From: the human T2T-CHM13v2.0 reference genome, Homo sapiens
Strand: one strand, 5' to 3'
Assembly: GCF_009914755.1 (NCBI RefSeq)
Contig: NC_060929.1
DNA: 64,000 nucleotides
A model generated the notes under the pieces. That model saw only the letters and a list, made by a program, of their open reading frames with translations. It searched no databases and was not told where the DNA came from. Within the stretch, counting starts at the first letter, position 1; each line of letters opens with the position of its first letter. The position numbers and the translations under genes are program-made. Shown one piece after another: positions 30,939-46,089 of the stretch.

Positions 30939-32211
30939 TATGTTTATTTGTCAATGTAGATGCCACACCTGAGTCCCATATGTGGGCTGCCCAAAGTGTG
31001 CAATAGGAAAATTGTACCTTACATGAAAAACATAACTGAAAATTGTTTCTGTGGTAAGCACTACAGCTCCACATGTTTTGCACCCGCTTCTCTGTTGGAT
31101 GGTGTGTTCTTACACTTTTTCCCTTTACTAAAATGGCAGAAACATCTGTGTCTCTGCCGTCAATTAGTACAATCCTTTATGAGTCCCAGATTTACAAATA
31201 GTATCAGTTACATGCAGTAAACCTTATTCTTGGTCTTATTAATTACTTTCCATCAACTTATCCCTCAGGCATTTTGGTTACAAAAGCATGCTGACAATCA
31301 ACAGTAATGGTTTTAAGTTAGTTCTTTGATAAGTAGGTCTTTTGCAAAGAGTTTCTGGTCAATTATTTAAAGAATCTGTGCCCCAAGAGGCTTTGCTTAT
31401 TTTTCTGTGTTAAGTCATATTCACTCACCCATCACTGATTATACGCTATTGTCTCTTTTCTCTCTCTCATGCTACAGAAATTTTAGGAGTCTAAGATCCA
31501 GGGATTCTTAGGTGCATTACGTTTTTCTAAACTTTTGTATGACAAATTCACTCCAAGTCTTAGATCAGCCTCTGATCTTAGACTCATGTTATTCTGTGTG
31601 CATTTCTCTGACATTGTGTTAAAAAAAAAAGGCATAGAATACATTTTCACAGTTCTCTTATCTTGGATGTATTCTCCTTCCATCTCAGTTTTGGGGGAAG
31701 ATGATGATTAATGAATCACTAAAATGCATATGACCAGAAGTTCACAAGGGGAAAGGGTATATTGGGAAACCTTCTATTCAAAGGTTGTGGGCAAATGATG
31801 TGTGAAATTGTTGACAAATTGCCTTCATTAAGTTTTTGAAGTGGACTTTTTTTTCACATATTTGGCTTCTTTTCAAATATAACTGTGCAGATTTTTGAGA
31901 CATTCACTGTTGAGCAGCAATCTGTGATAATGTTTGTCCTTGAAAGCCTTTATTCCTGGAAAAAATGTGGTAGAAAGTTTAAAGTAGGGTTCTTCTTGAT
32001 AGTATTTACATGAGCAATAGTCATTCCTGAACAAAACATAGATTAAAATTCTGCCTTATTATCTCCCAGATGCACAAAAGGAAGAGGGATGAAATATAAA
32101 GATTTTTCTATAAATCACTGACCTCTCAATAACAAAGTCCTTTCAACCAGGGGTTCCATAATGACACTTAAAATTTTAGTACATTCCAGTATAGCTGTCT
32201 CTTTTCAGTGA

Positions 32212-32400
32212 AGTGTTGTGCAGTGTAGTGGGTAAGACCATAGTCTGTAGCCTGGCTGCTGGAGGCTCAAAGCCCAGCTCTTCTACTAACCAGGGGTGTG
32301 ACCTCAGGCAAATAGCTTAATTTCTGTGACTCCCTATCCTCACCTGTAATTGAAAATAATAATCTTTACTTAATAGGACTGTGCTAAGAATTAAAATTTA
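32212..32400 (+). mobile_element. MIR SINE
   Basis: gcagtgtagtgggtaagacc..cccagctcttctactaacc..tgtgacctcaggcaaatagcttaatttctgtg. Confidence 0.75.
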
Positions 32401-32971
32401 ACATAAGAATATGTATAAGATACTTAGCCCTTATCCATAATAGCACACAATACTCTATCAAAAAAATGGCTACATATCAAAAAATGGCTACATGTACTAT
32501 TATACATTGGAGAATCAGCAGAAACTTTGGTCTAAACTTTGAATTTGGAAACTGAACATTACACAGATTTTGGTAAACTTTTATATTTATCACTTAGAGC
32601 ATTATTTGAATACTTTACTTTTGATTCCTATATGACCTGTCCATATTTAGGCATTTTTCTCCTTTGGAGAGCATTTTAGCATAGGATAGATAATTATGAT
32701 AACATATTTATGTAATGATTCCTATTTCTTAAAGGCTTTCCTATGTTCTCTTTTCTTCCTCACGCAACTCTGCAGTGTGTAAAAAGTCAGGCAGGTAATT
32801 ACTGCTCCATGATAGGTTTTGAATAAATGAATGAATAGATCCTTGTTTCCCAAATAAGGAAACCAAATGACAGATGTAAAATATCTTGGCCAAAGACACA
32901 TCCAGCAAATGTCTAAAAGTATTTAAATATCCATACAAACAAACTTGTGTAGGCTCTATAGTAAACAGGTT

Positions 32972-33700
32972 TGAAAGGGGAGAGTTCCCTGACCTCCCTT
33001 GCAGGACGTGTGACAGGGCGTGGCTCATCTGTTGGGCCACTGCAGCTGCTCAAACCTCTTATGGAAGGGGGAGCACACAGATGGGCAGGTGCAGGAGCCA
33101 GGACGAGTGCTTTTGGGCTCTGGCCCCATGGTGGCATCTAGGGGTGGGTGCCTGTGGCTGCTGAAGCCGCAGTGGGCATGCTGCAGTGTTCTTTTAGCTC
33201 TGCCATCTGCAGATGGCTTAAGTGTTAAAAAGCTCAGTGCCCTCTTGGTACCCCAGTTCTTGTCCAATGTCCAGGAAGAATCAGGTCACACATGGACTTG
33301 AAGGATGATGGAGGTGGCTCTCAGTGAGATGGATGGGGAGCTGGTAAGGGGATGGAGTGGGAAGATGATCTTTCCCTAGAGCTCAGCTGTCCCACAGCCG
33401 ATCTCCTCTCCAACCGTCCCTAGCCGAACTCCTCTCAACGTTCAGATGCTCTTTCTCTTCTCTCCTCTGCTGTACCACTCTTCTGCTCCTCTGCTCTGCT
33501 CATCTGCTCTTGGAGTCTGGGGTTTGGGGCTTATATGGGTACAGGATAGTGGGGGCATGGTGGACCAAAAGGCAAAATTTGGGCACAAAAACAGTAAAGC
33601 CTGTTCCCATTTAGGGCTGTGAGTTTCCAGGCTTGGGGATAGGGCATTTGCCTGGGAACTACCCTCTTTTACCCAGTATTTCCGTCTCCTGTTTGTATCC
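32972..33700 (-). mobile_element. ERV1 solo LTR (MER50-like)
   Basis: Minus strand reads gatacaaacaggagacggaaatactgggtaaaagagggtagttccc ... agggaactctcccctttca. Confidence 0.8.
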
Positions 33701-33906
33701 GTTTCATTGAACAGAGTATATGCTTCCTTATAGTTCACAATCTGAAAAACATAGAACTTTGACTTAGATCTTTAAAGGATCTGGTATCATTTTCCAAAAT
33801 TAGCTTCATTTTCCAGCCATCAATTTTGCAGATGAATACCCTGTAATCTGAGATGTAGGCCTAAACATAGACTGAATCAGTAAGTGAAATGTCTATTTGT
33901 TTTTAA

Positions 33907-34285
<379 letters not shown>

Positions 34286-34367
34286 TCTTCTTTTCTTTTA
34301 TATGGGTCTTATCATGCTTATTTAGTAAGTGTCTTATCTTGGAGCTTATGTTTCAAGGTTGAATTTA

Positions 34368-34660
34368 TGCCAGGTATGGTGGCTGACGCCTGTAATCACA
34401 GCCCTTTGGGAAGCCGAGGCGGGTGGACCACTTGAGGCCAGGAGTTCAAGACCAGCCATGGCAAAACCCTGTCTCTACTAAAATTATAAAAATTAGCCAG
34501 GTGTAGGTGGCACGCACCTGTGGTCCCAGCTACTCAGGAGGCTGAGGAAGGGGAATCACTTGAACCTAGGAGGCAGAGTTTGCAGTGAGTCGAGATCACA
34601 CCACTGCACTCCAGCCTGGGCAATAGAGCAAGAATCTGTCTGAAAAGAAAAAAAAAAAAA
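34368..34660 (+). mobile_element. Alu (older, J/S)
   Basis: Full dimer with A tail; TSD aag(g/a)ttg(a/g)attta. Confidence 0.95.
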
Positions 34661-35273
34661 GATTGGATTTAGAGTTTTAACTCCCGTGTTTGACTCCTGA
34701 TATGTTCTTCAGTGATCAAGCTTGCTGAATTTCGGTAAAAGGAGCAGCAGCAATGGTCAGGAGGTAACATCCAGCTTCATGAGTCACTATTAGACTAACC
34801 AAAGTGTCACATGGCAATAGTGACAACATCAAGTGTTTCCTAAATCCACAGATTTGAATGTCATAATGGGCTGAGACATTCAGATCCGTATGTTCCCTTG
34901 GCTTGAGAGTCCAAGTCAAGAAGAAACTCTTAAGATGCAAACTTACAGGGAGTGTGTTTTTACACTGGGCTACCACCTGGAGGATTTGAGGGTATTAATT
35001 TGGAAAGAAGGTATAACTGTGGTGTTTTATGAGTGTCATTCATTTCCAAGCAGTCTAGAAGAGAAGCAGCTCTTCTCTAGTGATGGTTAAACGTAAAAGC
35101 AGAGTATCTCAAAGTGCCTAATTCTTAATCCACAATCTAGGGAAGCTGAAAGATATGAAGAGAGTCAATTCTATGGACCTGCTGTATCATGATACTCCTG
35201 GGAGACTCATGTCTGGGTGACCCACAAGGTAAATTAGGGAAGAGGAATCACCAGTTGTCACTATAGGTATATC

Positions 35274-35460
35274 AAGTTATATATGTGTAATCAGCATCCT
35301 ACCATTGGCTGCCTAGCTGTTAACTACTTTACAAATACTTGGACTAATAGCCCTGCTGTTAACTGTAAGTTATGTATGTGTAATCAGCATGCTTGCACTG
35401 ACTGCCTAGCTGTTTGTTAACTGTGCAAATGCTAGGACTAGTAGTCCTGCTGTCAACTAC
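35274..35460. repeat. Diverged tandem duplication, period about 93 bp
   Basis: aagttat(a/g)tatgtgtaatcagcat starts at 35274 and at 35367; both units contain ctgcctagctgtt and ggacta(a/g)tag(c/t)cctgctgt. Confidence 0.9.
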
Positions 35461-35799
35461 TTTACCTAATTTGGAAAAATCACTCCATGGCCCTCAGTTT
35501 TCTTCTCTGTAATCTAATAGTAAGAACAGTTCAGTTCCTCTTAGCGTATACATTCTGTGATCATTTACCACCCTTCTTTTCTTCCACAAATCCCTATCAG
35601 GCTGAGTGGCAATTCTATATATTTTGCATTCAATTCTTCTTTTAAGGTGGACATTCATGTTTACTATATTTCTCTGACGGCAAAGACCTTTATGCACTGG
35701 GGCTAGTGAGAAACACCAAAGCATCTGCCCCACCTAGGGGGCAGCACTGTGTATTAAACTGGAAGTAGTTTGCGGGCAATTTCCAGCGTTAGAAGTTCA

Positions 35800-36138
<339 letters not shown>

Positions 36139-36699
36139 CTACTCAACTGGCTTTCATTTTGAAACAATGAAGTTTCTTTTAAATATAGAATGTACATAAG
36201 GTTAAGTGTTGTTGGTGATTCTTGGTGTGTGAATTTTCTGAAGTTTTAGAACCAAAATTGATGAACTTTACAATTTTCTTGACATCATCTTTAACTGGCC
36301 CTGGGAATGTTGCAATAAAGTAAAAAAAGAAATAGAGAAGTAATCTTCTAGCCAACACATAAAGGTTATTATTCACAAAAGGTTGAGTAGTTATTCTGAG
36401 CAGACAGAGTAAGAAAATGTGCTTCAAATCCCTTGTGAAGTATATATGAGAAAGGATCTACTGGGGTTGTGGTATCCTCTACCTTTTCTGAAGAGCTTTT
36501 ACATTAGGATAAATAACCATCTGCCCAGAAGAGAATAGTCTCTTGTGATTTCTGCTGACAAAAGATAGATTGGAATAAAATGGATCAAGAAATCTTTTCA
36601 TTTTTCTCTTTTCTGCTGTACACGTCTATTGCTTTGTGACTTAAGCTATGTCTAGGTGACTCCAAAACTACTGTCAATTTCAAAACAAAATAAACAACC

Positions 36700-37038
<339 letters not shown>

Positions 37039-39712
37039 TTAAGTCTTGAATGGCACTACTCATTATCTGAACAATTTCAATAGTCATAAAGAAAATACAG
37101 CTATATTTTTACCCTAAAATAACCACTATCCTGGTATTAATTTTGAATTCTACTTCAAACTTTGTAACTATATTTGTGGCTTTTGTTTTCAGGATCAGAT
37201 TTCTCTTTTTGACTCCCATTATTCTGCACAAATAATTTTTCTTGAGTTACTGGACACCTTGTGCTTCCTAAAAGATTTGGTCTTCCTGATTCCCAGGTGG
37301 ACCTCCAGCTAGAAGGTGACAGCATGGCCCACTCAACCTCAGTGAAGTTCCAGAACTATCTCAAACTGTGATGACTTTGTGAGCACTTTCATTTTTCTGA
37401 AACCATTCCACTGTTTTGTTCTCTTGAGATAAATCATAGTACCTAAGAACACAATGTATGCCCAGCAATGTATGATATGCTTGGCGAATTGCATCCCTGC
37501 CCTCCTTGTCTTTCAAGGTATAAGGATCAATAGCTGAGAAGGAATTGGAACAAGGACAAACTTGTGTATCAGTGCAATTAAAGCATTTTCCCTGATTTAT
37601 GCATGGGATTGATTATTTCTCCAGACAGTTCAAAGCATCTGCTCATGCCTAAAAATTCTCATTGATTTCTAGATTGCCTGTCTGGTTATGTAATACTTAT
37701 ACTGACTACACCAGGCTACTTTCCAGTTTACTTCCAGATACAATTTTAGGGCTGATATTAATCTGTAACAGCACATGGGATTTGGATTTTGGCAATCCTG
37801 AAGACAGCCTCTCTCTCTCCACATCTTGATGGTTGATGTAAGCCAAAGGATACTGAATCATACCTCCTGCAAGCTGGCAATTCCTAACTGATTAACTTAA
37901 ACCCTGCAATTGGCTTCTACTCATTGGTTTGATGAAGCCAATATTTGCTCTCCTTAAGGTCATGATCCTGAGCACACTGAGATCATTAAGGTGAAGCAGG
38001 GAGTGAGATATTTTCTGTACATGACCAGTAATGAGTCTGTGCTACAAAAACTTTTATTTTAACATTATGAAGAAAATAATTTTTAAGGGCAAACCAATAA
38101 ACCAATTGGCAATACAATTTTATTCAGCCCTTAAATGAAGAAAAGAATAATAGATATTTTTAGAATTTCTTTCAATATTAAACAATGACTATAGTGTCAT
38201 TAAAGCATATGATAGAAATACAATTAATACTGACTAGGTGTGCTTTTCTTTGGTTCATCAAGTCAGACAAAATTAGCATTTAATGAGTTTTTCTTTTTGA
38301 TTAAATAATTTACATAATAGGAAATACTTCTGTAAAATTTGAAATTTTTTTTTAAATGGATTCTATATAACCAAAATGCTTTTTCTGTTTGGGGCTCATT
38401 TAAAATATTTGAAATAGCTAAAATTAGTTTCAGTCCTGTATGACTTTAATAGAAATCAAGTGTTTTAAAATATTTATGATAAAGAAAATGATTCCATCTG
38501 GGCAGGGAATTTATTACTGGAATATTATACCAATTTGAATTGAAGCCACTATGAGATTAATTTCTATTCTGCTGTTGGAATATAAATATGTTCTGACAGC
38601 TGCTTTCTATAACCAAAGTATACTTATCTGCATGCAGAATTTTCTACTCAATGAGCCCATATATGACACAGGAACTTTGAATGGCTTCAGCAACAAACAA
38701 AGATAGATTATCAATGCAAATGCCAACCAGGGATTTGCTATAAATAACCAAATATTGGCAAGTGCCTGTTTTGAAATCAACACTGGTTATTTAGAACTTT
38801 CAGAGAGACAGTCTTACATTTCAGAAGAACTCGCTGATGTTGAAAAAAAAAATAAAGAATTACACACAGGGAGGACGGCCTTGATCAAACACATGTTTTT
38901 CAGATTTATTAGCGATTAACATGTCAGGTATTCTCTTTTGGATGACATTCCCTTACACCATGGCTAGAAGCTGACAAGATGAACACTGTTACAGTAATAA
39001 CATGTCACGAAGGATGTGGAATAATTTAGACATTTAGATCGTATGATCGAAGTCTGAGTAATACAGTGATCTGCTATAATTTAGGCATTGATGGTTAAAG
39101 AGAATGATTTCAAAGTAAGAAGCTAAATTTGTCACGCTTTCTTCAGGGAGGGGCCCATGTAATTAATAGGCAATAGATTCAAGCAAAAGGTGTGGAAGTC
39201 AGTACAGCTTTAAGATAATGAAAAGAACCAACTGCCCTTTAGAATAAAGATGAACACCAGTAAAATTGAGACTAATTAAGAATAAAAATGAGTCACAAAC
39301 AAAATGGTACTAAATCAAACTCACTTTAGGTCTCAAAAATCATAGTTATTTATTTTTCCCTCTTAAGGATTTTACAATTAGCCGAATGTTCCTTTGGCTG
39401 GCCTTCTTCTCTAAGTAGATCGGTCACTGATGGAGGCACCTAAGGCAATATTGGAGACAGGACAGCGTCAGGTAAGCCAAAGCATAAATGTTAATATCTC
39501 TCCGCTAATGAAGATCTTCTCTGGGCCAAAGGAAAAGTTCTGCAAAGAAAGGAAGAGGAAGAAGCATGAAAGGCAGGAAAGAAATGAAGGAGATTCTCTG
39601 TATTTAGGTTGCAAAAAAATTTAAGCTCAATTGATTGTCTCTATTCACTGAAAACTACCAAGCCATTCTCAATGGATAACAATTAACCACTGTAAATATT
39701 TATAGTGCAAGT

Positions 39713-40139
39713 GGGCATTGAAAAATGAGAACACATGGACACAGGGAGGGGAACAACACACACCGGGACCTGTTGGGGGGTCGGGGGCAAGAAGAGGGAG
39801 AGCACTGGGACAAATACCTAATGCATGCAGGGCTTAAAACCTAGATAATGGGTTGATAGGAGCAGCAAGCCACCATGGCACATGTATATCTACATAACAA
39901 ACCTGCACATTCTGCACATGTATCCTGGAACATAAAGTAACATAATTTTTTTTTTTAAAAAAGGTGAAAAACCTCTACAATAAAAACTACAAACTACTAA
40001 AAACAAAACAAAACAAAACCTAGATGATGGGTTGATAAGTGCAGCAAACCACCATGGCACATGTATCCTACATAACAAACCTGCACATTTTGCACATGTA
40101 TCCCAGAACTTAAAGTAAAATAAAAATTAAAAAAAATTC
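39713..40139 (+). mobile_element. 5'-truncated L1PA (PA7/8-like) with a doubled 3' end
   Basis: aatgagaacacatggacacagggaggggaaca..; the terminal ~110 bp (aaaacctagat..aaagtaa) occurs twice; TSD atagtgcaagt at 39702-39712 / 40140-40150. Confidence 0.9.
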
Positions 40140-41250
40140 ATAGTGCAAGTCGCTGTAGCAAAAATACTGAATCTCTACTCTTCAATGGGGACAGAAGTAA
40201 CTTTGTAAACAGCCAAAGAAAATGCCATGAGTGGCCAATTAGAGTGAGAATTAGACGAAGGGGAGAGAGAACAATAATAATAGCAGGCTTTTTTACTTGA
40301 AGTCTAGGTTACCCTAGAATCACATTGCACTGTTATGTTCCAGATACTGTCATTGTCCATGGTCAGTAGTTGCCACATAAACTACGTTTGAGGCATTCTT
40401 GGGAGAATAAAAGGAAGACACTGTATTGTTCAATTATGTAGTTCTTGAAGTTCTGCCTGTACGAATGTGGAGATATATATGAAGTTACAATCTGTATTAT
40501 TCAGACGTTTTTCCTTTTTCATAGAAAATCAGATGTTCTTGGGCTCTCTGCTGAGAGAATGAAGAAGGAAGAGTCATATTTAGTGCTGACTAATAGCTTT
40601 TTTTCTTCCCCTCCCCATTTTCCTTCTCCCTCTTCTCAACTCTTAAGATATAATTTTGGGTGGATCATCAATGGTCTCGTGTAATGCACAGCTCATCCAA
40701 GTAAGAATAGTAGCATAGAGACTATGTTCTAAAAGGGCTGCTGCTCAGCTGTTATTTCCTCTCTGGTCACCAGGACCTTGGTGAAACAATATTTTAGGGT
40801 TCACCAGAGTCAGCTATGTGCCATTACAATGTTTCCTTAACTTCAGACTCCATAAAGACAAGGAAAAACATGAGGAAGGATGGACGCCCATGGTAGAATG
40901 AAAAATACATATAATTTACCAAATAGTTACTGTAAGCAAAATATTGAAACATATATGAGCTATATGTGTTTAAGCTATAAGCTCATCCAACATCCAATGT
41001 GGTGTTCCATTAATTCACATGTAGAGCTACAAGAGCCTGGGGTTGTATTCTAGCCATGTAATTACCACCTTTGGAAGCTATCTTTGTTACTCACAATCTT
41101 ATTACTCTAAAGTTGCATTACTACACCCACTGGTGTTTGATAAAAAATATCTTGACCCTTCTCCAACCACATGGATTTCTTGGAAATGTTCTTAATTGAT
41201 GCATAATGTCTATCACATGTAAGAACTATATTGTGATTTCTTTAGCCATT

Positions 41251-42491
41251 TGATATGGTTTGGCTGTGTCCCCACCCAAATCTCATCTTGAATTCCCATG
41301 TGTTGTGGAAGGGACCTGGTAGGAGGTAATTGAATCATCAGGGAAGGTCTTTCCTGTGCTGTTCTTGTGATAGTGAATAAGTCTCATGAGATCTGATGGT
41401 TTTATAAGGGGGAGTTTCCCTGCACAAGCTCTCTCTCCCTTTGCTTGCTGCCATCCACATAAAATGTGACTTGCTCCTCCATGCCTTCCACCATGATTGT
41501 GAGGCCTCCCCAGCCATGTAGAACTGTAAGTCCATTAAAACTCTTTCTTTTGTAAATTGCCTATTCTTGGGCATGCCTTTATTAGCAGCATGAAAATGAA
41601 TTAATACAGTAAATTGGTACCAGTAGAATGGGGTGCTGCTCCAGACCCTAGATTGGTAGATGAATCAACAGCTTACACCATGTGCCTGGAAAAACCACAG
41701 ACACTCAATGCCAGCCTATGAAAGTAGTCAGGAGAGGGGCTATACCCTGCAAAGCCACAGGGGCAGAGCTGCCCAAGGCTTTGGGAGCCTACCTCATGCA
41801 TCAGTATGACCTGGATGTGAGATATGGAGTCAAAGGAGATAATTTTGGAGCTTTAAGATGTGACTGCCCCATTGGATTTTGAACTTGCATGGGGCCTGTA
41901 GACCCTTTGTTTTGCCCAATTTGGATTGGCTGTAATTACCCAATGCCTGTACCCCCATTGTATCTAGGAAGTAACTAACTTGCTTTTGATATACAGGCTC
42001 ATAGGTGGAAGGGACTTTGGACTGTGGACTTTATAGTTAATGCTGAAATGAGTTAAGACATTGGGGGACTATCGGGAAGGGACGATTGGTTTTGAAATAT
42101 GATGACATGAGATCTGTGAGGGGCTAGGAGCGAAACAATAAGGTTTGGCTGTGTCCCCACCCACATTTCATCTTGAATTCCCATGTGTTATGAGAGGGAC
42201 CTGGTGTGAGGTAATTGAATCACAGGGGCAGGTCTTTCCAGTGCTGTTTTCATGATAGTGAATAAGTCTCATGATATTTGATAGTTTTGTAAGGGCGAGT
42301 TTCCCTACACAAGCTCTCTCTCTTTGCCTGCTGCAACTAACATAAGAGGTGACTTGCTCCTCCTTGACTTCTGCCATGATTGTGAGGCCTCCCCAGCCAT
42401 GTGGAACTGTAAGTCGATTAAACCTCTTTCTTTTGTAAATTGCCCAGTCTCGGGCACGTCTTTATTAGTAGCATGAAAGTGGACGAACACA
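41251..42491 (+). mobile_element. THE1 MaLR provirus: LTR 41251-41608, deleted internal region 41609-42135, LTR 42136-42491
   Basis: Two direct LTRs (ggtttggctgtgtccccaccca..), internal start gtaaattggtacc, polypurine tract before the 3' LTR, 5-bp TSD ccatt at 41246-41250 / 42492-42496. Confidence 0.95.
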
Positions 42492-43162
42492 CCATTATTC
42501 ACTCTTACTCCTTTGACAGATAATTGTAGATTTTCTTGCATGTGCTGAGCCTAATAACTCTTAGATCTTACCCTGAAAGAGCTAGAAATTGACTGGGAGA
42601 CAGACAAATAAAGAGTTTAGGAAGAGGGGCTCACAGACATGTCAGTGGGTAAGAAAAAGAGGATGAGAAAATTGTGGCATTCTAGACTCAGTAATCCCTC
42701 TCCTTTTTTTGTGACTCAAAAGAATGAATTGAATGAAGAGAAAACTTCAGATTTAGGAGCTACTTGGGAGATGATAGGACAAAACTCATATTGTACTTTC
42801 AGCTAATAAAATCAGACTTTAGAGCCAATGCCTATTGTATCTATATTCTGTCTCTCCAGAATTACGAATTTGATTATTCTAAAAGGGAACTTCATCTTTC
42901 TTGTAAATTTTATTAATTTTTTGAGGCTTAGGATTAATACTTTTAATTCCATATTTAGAATACCAGTTTTAAAAATAAAAACACACTTAAATATAAAATT
43001 AATTTTCAAGCCAAAGACAATTTTTAAAGGGGGTACATTTTATATAGGGACTATTAATTCTTTAAATTAGTTATTGGTATTTAATTTCCTGTTTAGAATA
43101 AAACTCACATTACAAATTGAAAGTAGACCAATATTTTCCCTCAAAGTTTAGATATTACTTAA

Positions 43163-43528
<366 letters not shown>

Positions 43529-46089
43529 TAGCTAGGAATCCTTAGGCAAGTTTCCAATTTCTGTGGGCCTCACTTTTCTTATTTCCAGAAAGTGATTGAA
43601 AAGATAAACTCTGAAGTTACTTCAAATCCTAAAAGTTTATATTTCTAAGTTTATTGTAACAGCAATGTCCTATGAACAAATAAGTAAAATAAAACTATGA
43701 TCTAGTCCAAATTCTTCTCAAGAACTACAAGGTATAAATACTTTGGTGGAAGAAAGTATTGGGGAAACTAGGAGAATTAAGGCAATGGAAGTGTTTCTGG
43801 TCTTTCCTGACCAAGAAAACCAAACATTCTGAATTCTTTGCCTGACTGAAAGAAAACAAGCCAGGGGTCCAAGAACAGCTGGATTCCCAAGATCTTTGGT
43901 TTCAAAAGTTGCTAAGCCTTGGCAGCCTTCTAATATTCTGTGGGGAGAAATGGCAATACCTGTAGGAGAAAATCATGCTGCTGATCTACCAATGGGAAAG
44001 GGTGGCTGGTGGCTCTGAACACAACTTCTTTGATGGCTTAACTATATTAAAACCACTTCCCACATCCTTCCTCTTAGTCCTTAGCAGGAGTGGCTGGGCT
44101 CGGCCCTAGGGTGGGTAGAAATTTGCTGTTGGATGGTGAGTTTCCATCTTGGTGGATGTTCTTAAATGAATTTCTGATGAACTGAATAAGTGAGGTCTTT
44201 GGCCTTATAGATGACATTTGAGAGACGTCTGTTTTATTATTTAATTTAGTTGCTGCTTAGTGGGAACAAATAAAAATCAGGGACAGTGTTGAGGAGGAGG
44301 ATGAGGATGGCACTTGGAGACTGACAGTGCACATTAAAGGCATTGAGAAACCCTGCAGGGCAAACCTCTCTAAAGCCCAATGGTTAAACAAGAATATTTT
44401 GCTACAGAGACCTTAATTTTCTCCACTCAAACACCTGTTAACATTCCATGGAATTCACTTCAGGAAATTCCCGAATGGACTTTGTTGAGGTAACAAGCAA
44501 GATTAGTTCAAGCTACTAATAACTCTAAGGTTATTGAAATAGCCTGAGTCAATCAGTTCAGAAAGAAAATGTTTTTCTTTCCAGAAGCTAGGAGCCAGGT
44601 ATCTCCTGAGGAGTCAAGAAAGTCTTCACTTTTGAGAGAACATAGGATGACTTGGGGCCAGTGAGAGAAAAAACTCAGGCAAGACAGACCCTCCTTGTTC
44701 AGCTGGAAAATCAACAGTCATGATGGGATGAGATATAATGCTTCTTTTTCCTATTTTCTCCCTTGATAAAGAGAAGTTGCTTAGAAGAATTAAGACCAAC
44801 TGTGTACCAAGCAGAGACTGTGCTGGGCAGTATTTGCTCTGCTTCTTGGACTGAGAACCCTTCTTCACAGAACACCTTACTGCATCTTGGTCTGGAGAAC
44901 ACTCTTTGGAAAATGTGGTTCTTTTCATTTTATGATCTCTCTTCTTGAACATAACAGGGCCCATGTCCCTTATAATGTGCCATGGATCCCCTGCTCTGGG
45001 CCAACTATCTTCAAGTTTTCCTTAGCCAACTCCCATCCATAGACAGGCTCTAGTTCTTTTGGGAAAGCAAGTTTCATTTCTCACCTATGGTTGAAAGTCA
45101 GCGTCAAAGCGCAGCATGTGTTAATGGCCAGGTCACCATTGTGACTTTCCTCTAAAACCATCTCCTGCCTGCTTGGATTGTAGTTGCCTGTCTTCCTCAA
45201 GGATAATAACAGGGTTGTCGTACCATGAGAGCCTGCTTCAATTCTCCATTGCTACTTCCTTTTTCCTCCCTTTTAATGTTGAGACTGTCCATTGGTTCCA
45301 AATATGGCTTTAATTATTAAGAACCATGTACGTTCTCTGTTGGCCTGTGGTCACAGTTCCTTTCACTTGTCCTAGGTGAAAATCAACGCAACTATGAGAT
45401 AGGATCTTCTCAGAAGGAGGTTATAATGTTGATATTTTACATTTTGACCAGTATACTCTACATTCAGGGAAACAAATACTCACATCTTGGGGGTATATAG
45501 CTAATATAGCATTTCCCCTTCACCCCAAAGCTTTAGTGTCATTTATATATCTAGATATCTATTTTCTCTTTGATAAATTATATTTCTTTTCTTTTTTGTT
45601 AGATGACAAAACCTACTTCATTTACTCTGTTTTTCACAAATGTAACCATCATTTATTGTATACTACATATAATGTGGTGAATGTCAAAGAAAAAAACTGG
45701 TCTTTGTCCATGAGAATCTCAGAGTCTAGAAGAAATATAAACAAACAACAAGAATGATAAGTAATAATATCTAGATAGCACAATGTGAACAGAAAAATAA
45801 GTGGCTGAGTAGAAAAAGGAGGGAGGGGATTACTGATGTCTTCAACATGAAGAAACATGAAGGAAGTAGTAAAGCTGTTTCTTGATAGAGAAGTAGAAAT
45901 TCTTCAGGTAAAGAAATATCTGTTGCTTTGTATGTGTTTAGTGGGTGGGAGTGAGGCCAGGAAAAAAGAGGAAGAGTTGTTCTTTGGTGTGCTTCATACT
46001 GCTTACTAATCTAAGCAGTGTTAATAGAGACAAACAGAGCCCAAAGAAGTGACTCTTTCCTAATATAATGATTTTTTTTTTTTTTTTGC

